From positions 3,478 through 67,477 of the forward strand of contig CAJJCV010000030.1 of the NCBI GenBank assembly GCA_905182765.1: a stretch of 64,000 nt of DNA. Reading direction: 5' to 3'. Of the stretch, positions 49,773 through 57,392 are shown piece after piece. The notes below the pieces were generated by a model, which ran no database searches, was not told the DNA's origin, and saw only the letters and a list, made by a program, of their open reading frames with translations. Every line of letters begins with the position of its first letter. Within the stretch, counting starts at the first letter, position 1. Source of the DNA: Cryomorphaceae bacterium BACL29 MAG-121220-bin8. GTDB taxonomy: Bacteria; Bacteroidota; Bacteroidia; Flavobacteriales; Flavobacteriaceae. Both the position numbers and the translations under genes were made by a program.

Positions 49773-50147
49773 ATGGCAATTACAAGATATTTAGACAAAG
49801 ACTTAAAATATTTTAAATCTTTAATTGAAGAAAAAATAGAAAAAGCGCAAAATGATTTAGCATTAATTAAGAGTGCTTATATGAATGATGGAGATAACGG
49901 AACCGAAGACACCTCTCCTACTTTTAAAGCTTTTGAAGAAGGTTCTCAAACGATGTCAAAAGAAGCTAACACTCAATTGGCTATTCGACAAGAGAAATTT
50001 ATAAGAGATTTAAAAAGTGCTCTTATTAGAATAGAAAATAAAACTTATGGAGTTTGTAGAGTAACTGGAAAATTAATTAACAAAAAAAGACTTGAACTTG
50101 TACCTCATGCTACCTTAAGTATTGAAGCCAAGAATCTTCAAAAATAA
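49773..50147 (+). CDS. DksA/TraR-family protein with a degenerate zinc finger
   Basis: The coiled-coil N-terminus plus YGVCRVTGKLINKKRLELVPHATLSIE resembles the DksA C-terminus, but only one Cys is present. Confidence 0.65.
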   Translation: MAITRYLDKDLKYFKSLIEEKIEKAQNDLALIKSAYMNDGDNGTEDTSPTFKAFEEGSQTMSKEANTQLAIRQEKFIRDLKSALIRIENKTYGVCRVTGKLINKKRLELVPHATLSIEAKNLQK

Positions 50148-50174
50148 TTTGTTGTTTTTAAATGATTCCTATCT

Positions 50175-50807
50175 ATGAGTTTAAAGAAATCTTTACTTAT
50201 TGTACTGTTAATTTTAATTGTTGACCAAGTTTCAAAAGTATACATTAAATTAAATTTTCCGCTTACAATTTACGGCCAACTCCCGTTGTTTGATTTAGGG
50301 TGGTTTAAATTATTATTTATTGAAAACAAAGGAATGGCTTGGGGCGCTACAATAAATGATTTTTTGCCTTTTATTTCTGAAAGAACTGGCAAATTATTTT
50401 TAACTCTATTTAGAGTTGTCGCCGTTACATTCATCTTTTATTGGCTTTATGATAGTATTAAAAAAAATGCTGGCAAACTATTAACAATATCCCTCTCTTT
50501 AATACTAGCAGGAGCTATAGGAAATATAATTGACTCTGTTTTTTATGGATATTTATTTACAGAAAGCTATTACAATGTAGCTCAATTTAACCCTGGTAAT
50601 GGTTATGAATCTTTGTTTCATGGTCATGTTGTTGATATGCTTCAGTTTCCAATGGTTTCATGGAACTGGCCAGTATGGTTGCCTTATCTAGGTGGAGAAA
50701 GTTTTACTTTTTTTGAACCTGTTTTTAATATTGCAGACACTTCAATTTCGACTGGAGTTGGTATAATGTTGTTGTTTAACAAAAAAATATATCCTCAAAA
50801 TTCATAA
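50175..50807 (+). CDS. lspA: Lipoprotein signal peptidase II
   Basis: Motifs ENKGMAWG, GNIIDS, VVDM and NIADTSI. Conserved ileS-lspA neighbourhood. Confidence 0.85.
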   Translation: MSLKKSLLIVLLILIVDQVSKVYIKLNFPLTIYGQLPLFDLGWFKLLFIENKGMAWGATINDFLPFISERTGKLFLTLFRVVAVTFIFYWLYDSIKKNAGKLLTISLSLILAGAIGNIIDSVFYGYLFTESYYNVAQFNPGNGYESLFHGHVVDMLQFPMVSWNWPVWLPYLGGESFTFFEPVFNIADTSISTGVGIMLLFNKKIYPQNS

Positions 50808-51358
50808 ATCTTTTTTGGAGTTAAACAAAAATTCATCCTAACATCTGTAATGTTTATATCGGATATTTTTTGAATCGGATCAAAAAAAGATAATCCAATC
50901 TTAACAGTGTTTTTTGGACATTTTTTTAAAAACCTGTCATAATATCCTCCACCGTATCCAACTCTGTGTCCTGACTTGTCAAAACATAATAAAGGAACAA
51001 AAACAACCTCAATTTGATTCTCATTGATCTGAATTCCAGATTGAGGTTCTGCTATTCCTAGCTCATTTTCTTTTAGTAAAGTTGAGTCAGTTAACAAAAA
51101 ATTTAAAAAAGATTTGTTTTCTATATTTAATTTGGGAAGAATAACGTTCTTGTCTTTTCCTTGAATAACCTGAATAATTAGTTTAGTGTCAATTTCATTA
51201 TTTTTTTCAATTGGGAAAAAAACATGAAAATTAGTGTATCCCCATATATTAAGGTTGAGAATTTGGTTGGCAAGATCAAGACTTAAGTTTTGAATCTCTT
51301 CAGACGAAAAAGCGTTCCTTTTCCTTTTAAAACTTAACCTTAAAGTTTGCTTTTTCAC
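50795..51358 (-). CDS. 5-formyltetrahydrofolate cyclo-ligase
   Basis: The GHRVGYGGGYYDRFL motif. Confidence 0.85.
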   Translation of the reverse strand: MKKQTLRLSFKRKRNAFSSEEIQNLSLDLANQILNLNIWGYTNFHVFFPIEKNNEIDTKLIIQVIQGKDKNVILPKLNIENKSFLNFLLTDSTLLKENELGIAEPQSGIQINENQIEVVFVPLLCFDKSGHRVGYGGGYYDRFLKKCPKNTVKIGLSFFDPIQKISDINITDVRMNFCLTPKKIYEF

Positions 51359-51684
51359 TTTTTCTTGATCTTAAACTTATTACCCTTGTAAATCATATAA
51401 GGCATAGGCAAAAGAACTGAAATAAAATATGCAATACTTGCTGTAGATTCATCAAAAGCTATATAAAAAATTAAAAAAATTAATGAGGTATATATTGCAA
51501 GATTTATAAAAAACTTTTTGAAAAAAACTAAATAATTTTTTAAATCAAAAGCCTCTTTTTCTTGCTTAGACATGGTATTATAACCAGCTAACAACATGTC
51601 TGCATTATTTTCATTTGTTAGATATGCGACTCCAACAAAACAAATGTTTGTTATAATTATTGCAATAAACATTTCAGTTTCCAT
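51355..51684 (-). CDS. DUF3784-like small membrane protein
   Basis: The pattern LLAGYNTMSKQEKEAFD sits between TM segments. 109 aa. Confidence 0.5.
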   Translation of the reverse strand: METEMFIAIIITNICFVGVAYLTNENNADMLLAGYNTMSKQEKEAFDLKNYLVFFKKFFINLAIYTSLIFLIFYIAFDESTASIAYFISVLLPMPYMIYKGNKFKIKKK

Positions 51685-51728
51685 AGATTTATTAAGTGTT
51701 CCAAAGATAAAAGAATTAATTTTAAACT

Positions 51729-53525
51729 GTGATTAGTCCATCTTTAAAAATTGAGCTTTCAACGATGCCCTCGGAGCCTGGGGTATACCAGTTTTTTAAT
51801 AAAGAAGACAAAATAATTTACATTGGAAAGGCTAAAAATCTAAAAAAAAGAGTCTCGTCGTACTTTCAAAAAAATATTGGTTCTAGAAAGACTAAAAATT
51901 TAGTTAAAAACATTTCTGAAATCAAACATATTGTTGTTTCTAGTGAGTCAGATGCGCTACTTTTAGAAAACTCACTAATTAAAAAATATCAGCCTAAATA
52001 CAACATTTTATTACGCGATGACAAAACTTATCCTTGGATTGTAATAAAAAATGAGTCTTTCCCGAGAGTTCTGACAACTCGAAGAGTTGAAAAAGACGGC
52101 TCGGAATATTTTGGCCCATTCACTAATTATAAAACTGTTAGAACGATCATGGATATTTTTTCTAATCTTTATTCGTTAAGAACATGTCATTATGATTTAA
52201 AAGAAAAAAATGTGCTTGAAAAAAAATATAAAGTTTGTTTAGAATACCATATTGGAAATTGCCTAGGAGGATGTGAAGGCCATCAAGAAGAAAAAGATTA
52301 TAACATTTACATTTCAAATATTAGAGATTTTCTGAAGGGAAATTTATCAAGTTCTATAAACTATTTCAAAAATGAAATGAAAATTTCCTCAAAATTATTA
52401 CATTTTGAAAAAGCTCAAGCGGCAAAAGAAAAAATAGAGCGTCTAGAAAATTACCAATCTAAATCTACCGTAGTTAGTTCTAAGCTAAACGATATTGATG
52501 TATTCAGTATTATTTCAGATTCTTCACATGCATATGTAAATCATTTACAAGTCGCGTTTGGTAGAATAGTGAGATTTCATAATGTAGAAATCAAAAAAAA
52601 ATTAGACGAAACCGATAAAGAACTATTACTTATGACAATAGTGAATTTAAGAGATAAGTTTAATTCTAAAAATAGTACCGTTATAACTAATATTGAGTTT
52701 GACAAAATTTTGAATTTAAAATTTATTTTCCCTAGAGCGGGGGATAATAAAAAATTACTAGATCTTTCCTTAAGAAATGCGACTCAGTTCAAGATTGAAA
52801 AATTGAAACAAGTTCAAATAGTTGACCCCGAAAGGCATACTAATCGAATTTTAAATCAAATGAAACTTGATTTAAGACTAAATGAAGTTCCTGTTCATAT
52901 TGAGTGTTTCGATAATTCTAATATTCAAGGCTCAATCCCGGTAGCATCCTGTATCGTTTTTAAAAATTGTAAACCCTCTAAAAAAGACTACAGACATTTT
53001 AATATCAAGACTGTTGAAGGGCCTGATGATTATGCCTCTATGGAAGAGGTTGTATTCAGGCGTTACAAACGAATGGTGGAGGAAAAATCAGTTTTGCCTA
53101 GCTTAATAATTATAGATGGAGGAAAGGGTCAGTTAAGCTCTTCAATAAAAGCTTTAAAAAAACTAAACTTAGAAAATACTATCGCTATTTTGGGTATTGC
53201 AAAAAGATTAGAAGAGATTTTTTATCCAAATGATCCTGTTCCTTTGTATTTAAATAAAAAATCCGAAACTTTGAAAGTCATTCAACAAATGAGAAATGAA
53301 GCTCATCGTTTTGCAATTACTCTTCACAGAAATAAAAGAAGTAAACAGGCCTTAACATCTTCTTTTGATGGAATTCCAGGAATTGGAGAAAAGACAAAAA
53401 CTGCATTATTAAAGAAATTTAAATCTTTAAAAAACATTAGAGAAACTTCGTTAGAACTTCTAATTAGTGAAGTTGGAGAAAGCAAAGCAAAAAAATTAAA
53501 AGATTTTTTAAATTCTATGAATTAG
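51729..53525 (+). CDS. uvrC: Excinuclease ABC subunit C
   Basis: GIY-YIG motif (GVYQFFNKEDKIIYIGKAKNLKKRVSSY), a UVR domain and a C-terminal HhH (IPGIGEKTK). GTG start as given in the track. Confidence 0.9.
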   Translation: MISPSLKIELSTMPSEPGVYQFFNKEDKIIYIGKAKNLKKRVSSYFQKNIGSRKTKNLVKNISEIKHIVVSSESDALLLENSLIKKYQPKYNILLRDDKTYPWIVIKNESFPRVLTTRRVEKDGSEYFGPFTNYKTVRTIMDIFSNLYSLRTCHYDLKEKNVLEKKYKVCLEYHIGNCLGGCEGHQEEKDYNIYISNIRDFLKGNLSSSINYFKNEMKISSKLLHFEKAQAAKEKIERLENYQSKSTVVSSKLNDIDVFSIISDSSHAYVNHLQVAFGRIVRFHNVEIKKKLDETDKELLLMTIVNLRDKFNSKNSTVITNIEFDKILNLKFIFPRAGDNKKLLDLSLRNATQFKIEKLKQVQIVDPERHTNRILNQMKLDLRLNEVPVHIECFDNSNIQGSIPVASCIVFKNCKPSKKDYRHFNIKTVEGPDDYASMEEVVFRRYKRMVEEKSVLPSLIIIDGGKGQLSSSIKALKKLNLENTIAILGIAKRLEEIFYPNDPVPLYLNKKSETLKVIQQMRNEAHRFAITLHRNKRSKQALTSSFDGIPGIGEKTKTALLKKFKSLKNIRETSLELLISEVGESKAKKLKDFLNSMN

Positions 53526-53547
53526 TATTTATTATTTTTGTCAAACT

Positions 53548-54366
53548 ATGCGCTTGAAAATTTATTGGAGTTTAACTGTTTTTTTTATTTGTTTTCAAAT
53601 TAATGCTCAGAATTATTCTGGGAAGAAAGCTCCATTTATCAATAAATCTTTTGATTCTTTTAAAACTGGTGAATCCTTAAAGTTTAGACTTCATTATGGA
53701 TTTTTTAATGCTAGTTATGCAACCTTAAACCTTGATGAAGATCAAGTTGAGGGAGAAAAAATTTATAAAGCAACAGCAATTGGCAGAACAACAGGAATAG
53801 CAAGATGGTTTTTTAAGGTTGATGATGTTTATGAAACATTTTTTAATAAAGACTTAGTTCAGCCGATAAAGTCTACAAGAAATATTTACGAAGGAGGTTA
53901 CACTAAAAATGTTGAAATAAATTACGACTACATAAACAACTTAGCCAATATTAACGATATTAAAAACTCAAGATTAAGTTCTGTAAAAATTGAAAAAAAT
54001 GTTCAGGACTTAATTTCAACATTCTATTATCTTAGAAATCATTTTGATGTTAATAAACTTAAAATAAATGATTTTATAAGGATAAATATTTTTTTTGATG
54101 CTGAAAACTATCCCTTTAGAATGAAATTTTTGGGATACGAAGATGTTTACACAAAATTTGGCGTAATAAATTGCTTAAAGTTTAGACCCTATATTGAATC
54201 TGGAAGAGTTTTTAGAGATAGTGAAAGTTTAACGCTTTGGGTAAGTAATGACAAAAACAAACTGCCTGTCAAAATTAAAGCTGGTCTTAGAATTGGATCT
54301 ATAGAAGCTGACTTGGAGGAGTTTCGAGGACTAAAACATCCGTTTAAAATAAAATTAAATGAATAA
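53548..54366 (+). CDS. DUF3108 domain protein
   Basis: Signal peptide. FRLHYGFFNASYATL is a typical DUF3108 start. Confidence 0.6.
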   Translation: MRLKIYWSLTVFFICFQINAQNYSGKKAPFINKSFDSFKTGESLKFRLHYGFFNASYATLNLDEDQVEGEKIYKATAIGRTTGIARWFFKVDDVYETFFNKDLVQPIKSTRNIYEGGYTKNVEINYDYINNLANINDIKNSRLSSVKIEKNVQDLISTFYYLRNHFDVNKLKINDFIRINIFFDAENYPFRMKFLGYEDVYTKFGVINCLKFRPYIESGRVFRDSESLTLWVSNDKNKLPVKIKAGLRIGSIEADLEEFRGLKHPFKIKLNE

Positions 54367-55606
54367 AATATTAATAATTCTCTTAACATCTATTCTTTTA
54401 ATGTCCTGCGGGGAGGAAAAGCCTGAAAAAACCTCTGAAATTATAAAAGAAAAAATTATAACTCAATTTGGATATACTTTAAACAATTTCACTGTTAAAA
54501 AAGATACAGTAAAAAGTGGTGATTCATTTGGTTCTATTTTAGAAAATAACAATCTTTTTTATCCTCAAATATATAATATCGTTCAAAAGGCAAAAAAGGT
54601 GTTTGATGTTAGAAAAATTAACATCGGGAAACCTTATACTATACTTTTTTCAAAAGATTCTTTAAAAACTCCTAAAGTTTTTATTTATCAGCCTAATCTA
54701 ATTGATTATGTTGTTGTATCATTAACTGATTCCCTTTGGGCTGAAAAAAAATCTAAAGCTGTAGAGTTATTAGAATTTGAGGCCGAAGGCGTGATTACAA
54801 GTTCTCTTTCTGAAACGATGGAAGAAAAAAAACTTTCTCCGCTTTTATCCAACGAACTTTCTGAAATTTACGCATGGACAATCGATTTCTTTAGGTTAGA
54901 AAAAGGAGATAATTTTAAAATTATTTATTCTGCAAAATTCGTTGACGATTCTATTTACGTAGGTCTTAACAGAATTCATTCAGCTTATTTTGAACATAGG
55001 GGAAAACCTTTTTATGCTATTGAATTTGAAACAGATTCTAAAAGAGGTTTGTTCGAGTATTTTGATGAAAATGGAAAAAATTTAAGAAGAGCTTTTTTGA
55101 GAGCTCCTGTTCAATTTAGTAGAATCTCTTCTAGATATAATTTAAAAAGAAAAATCGCATATTATGGTAGAATTCGTCCACATTTTGGAACTGATTTTGC
55201 AGCCCCAAGAGGAACCCCTATAAGAGCGACAGCAAGCGGAACAGTTGTTAAGTCTAGTTATACCAGAGGAAACGGAAACTACGTTAAAATTAAACACAAC
55301 GGCACCTATTCAACTCAATATCTTCATATGGATAAAAGAGGTGTTAAAGTTGGTCAATTTGTTAAACAAGGCGATTATATTGGAACAGTTGGAATGACGG
55401 GAAATACCTCTGGTCCACATGTATGTTATAGGTTTTGGAAAAATGGAAAACAAGTTGATCCCTTAAGACAAAAGCTTCCAGAGGCTAAACCTATTTCGAA
55501 AGAACTAAAGAAAAGATATTTGACATATATGTTACCTGTCAAAAATCAGCTTGATTCTATTGAATCCGTTACCTTTGTAAAAAATTCAACTACAAAATTT
55601 CATTAA
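54359..55606 (+). CDS. M23-family metallopeptidase lipoprotein
   Basis: Lipobox LLMSCG, plus HFGTDFAAPRGTPI..., YLHM and GPHVCYRFW. Confidence 0.85.
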   Translation: MNKILIILLTSILLMSCGEEKPEKTSEIIKEKIITQFGYTLNNFTVKKDTVKSGDSFGSILENNNLFYPQIYNIVQKAKKVFDVRKINIGKPYTILFSKDSLKTPKVFIYQPNLIDYVVVSLTDSLWAEKKSKAVELLEFEAEGVITSSLSETMEEKKLSPLLSNELSEIYAWTIDFFRLEKGDNFKIIYSAKFVDDSIYVGLNRIHSAYFEHRGKPFYAIEFETDSKRGLFEYFDENGKNLRRAFLRAPVQFSRISSRYNLKRKIAYYGRIRPHFGTDFAAPRGTPIRATASGTVVKSSYTRGNGNYVKIKHNGTYSTQYLHMDKRGVKVGQFVKQGDYIGTVGMTGNTSGPHVCYRFWKNGKQVDPLRQKLPEAKPISKELKKRYLTYMLPVKNQLDSIESVTFVKNSTTKFH

Positions 55607-57247
55607 ATGACTTTAAAAAAAATAAATCCAACTAAAACTAAATCTTGGAAGAAATTAAAAACTCATTTTAAAGAAATTGAAAATGAAGAAATTAAAAACT
55701 TACTTTCATCCAGGCCTAGTAACGAAGATTTTAATTTAAAGTGGAATGATTTTAATGTTAATATTTCAAAAAACAGAATTGACAATACAACACTTAACTT
55801 ACTTATTGAATTAGCAAATGAATGTGACCTTAAAGACGCTATTTCAAAACAATTTAACGGAGATTCGATTAACGAAACTGAAAAAAGAGCAGTTTTACAC
55901 ACTGCTGTTAGAACTGATGGAAATGAAAAAATAAATTTTAATGGTTTAGATATTGTTCCTTCAATTTTAGAGACGAGAAAACAAATAAAATCTTTCACAA
56001 ATGATGTGATTTCTGGAGAACTAAAAGGGCATACTGGTAAATCATTTACTGACATTGTTAATATTGGAATTGGCGGTTCAGATCTTGGGCCCGTTATGAT
56101 TGTAGAAGCGTTAAAACACTATTCATCCGGTCTTAAACCTCATTTTGTTTCAAACGTAGACGGAGACCATGTGCTTGAGACAATTAAAAGTTTAAATCCT
56201 GAAACTACATTATTTATTATCGTTTCTAAGACTTTTACTACTCAAGAAACTATTTCTAACGCAAATACAATTAAAGAATGGCTTGTTTCAAAATTAGATA
56301 AAAACGCAATTTCAAAACATTTTGCTGCTGTTTCAACAAACGTAAGTGAAATCAAAAAATTTGGAATTAATTCCAAAATGGTCTTTTCGATGAACGATTG
56401 GGTTGGTGGGAGATTTTCGTTGTGGAGCTCGGTAGGTCTTTCAATTAGTCTGGCCATAGGTTATGATAATTTTCGTAAGCTTTTATCCGGAGCACATAAA
56501 ATGGACAAACATTTTCAAAAAACTGAGTTTAAGAACAATATTCCTGTGATTTTAGCACTTTTAAGCGTCTGGTATAACAACTTTTTCAAATGTGAAACAG
56601 AAGCCGTAATACCTTATACTCAATACTTAAACAGATTACCAGCTTATCTTCAACAGGCCATTATGGAAAGTAATGGAAAAAGTGTGGATAGATCTGGAAA
56701 GGTGGTAGAATACCAAACGGGGAATATAATTTGGGGTGATACGGGAACAAATTCTCAACATGCTTTTTTTCAATTAATTCATCAGGGAACAAAACTAATT
56801 CCTTGTGATTTCATTGGTTTTAAAAAACCTCTTTTTAAAGAAAATACTCAACATAATAAGTTAATGTCTAATTTTTTTGCTCAAACCGAGGCTTTAATGA
56901 CGGGCAAGTCTGAAAAAACTGTTGTTGACGAGTTAAAAAAATCTGGTTTAAATGAGTCTGAAATCAATTTATTAAAAACTTTCAAAGTATTTAAAGGCAA
57001 TAGACCTACAAACACTTTTCTAATAAATCAGCTAACGCCAGAAAGTTTAGGGTCTTTAGTTGCTATGTATGAACATAAAATATTTGTTCAGGGTATTATA
57101 TGGAATATTTATAGCTATGATCAATGGGGGGTCGAACTCGGAAAACAATTAGCTTCCAAGGTTTTAAAAGAAATCGAAGATCAAAAAATTTCTAATCACG
57201 ATAGTTCTACTAACTCTTTATTAAAAACCTATTTATCAAATCAATAG
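55607..57247 (+). CDS. pgi: Glucose-6-phosphate isomerase
   Basis: Motifs IGIGGSDLGP, VSKTFTTQET, GGRFSLWS and ESNGK. Confidence 0.9.
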   Translation: MTLKKINPTKTKSWKKLKTHFKEIENEEIKNLLSSRPSNEDFNLKWNDFNVNISKNRIDNTTLNLLIELANECDLKDAISKQFNGDSINETEKRAVLHTAVRTDGNEKINFNGLDIVPSILETRKQIKSFTNDVISGELKGHTGKSFTDIVNIGIGGSDLGPVMIVEALKHYSSGLKPHFVSNVDGDHVLETIKSLNPETTLFIIVSKTFTTQETISNANTIKEWLVSKLDKNAISKHFAAVSTNVSEIKKFGINSKMVFSMNDWVGGRFSLWSSVGLSISLAIGYDNFRKLLSGAHKMDKHFQKTEFKNNIPVILALLSVWYNNFFKCETEAVIPYTQYLNRLPAYLQQAIMESNGKSVDRSGKVVEYQTGNIIWGDTGTNSQHAFFQLIHQGTKLIPCDFIGFKKPLFKENTQHNKLMSNFFAQTEALMTGKSEKTVVDELKKSGLNESEINLLKTFKVFKGNRPTNTFLINQLTPESLGSLVAMYEHKIFVQGIIWNIYSYDQWGVELGKQLASKVLKEIEDQKISNHDSSTNSLLKTYLSNQ

Positions 57248-57325
57248 TTTTTACTGATTTAAATAAGAATTCTTTAAAAAACATTAAATATACTGAGTTA
57301 TGCACAAAATTTGTTAAAAAAAAGT

Positions 57326-57351
57326 AACACTTATTTAACACTTATTTAACA
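57326..57351. repeat. 11-bp direct tandem repeat aacacttattt (2.3 copies) upstream of the TonB-dependent receptor gene
   Basis: Read directly from the sequence: aacacttatttaacacttatttaaca. Lies 42-67 nt upstream of the ATG at 57393. Confidence 0.8.
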
Positions 57352-57392
57352 AAATTTCAGCACATTTGCAGAATATTAACTACAATTAAATT

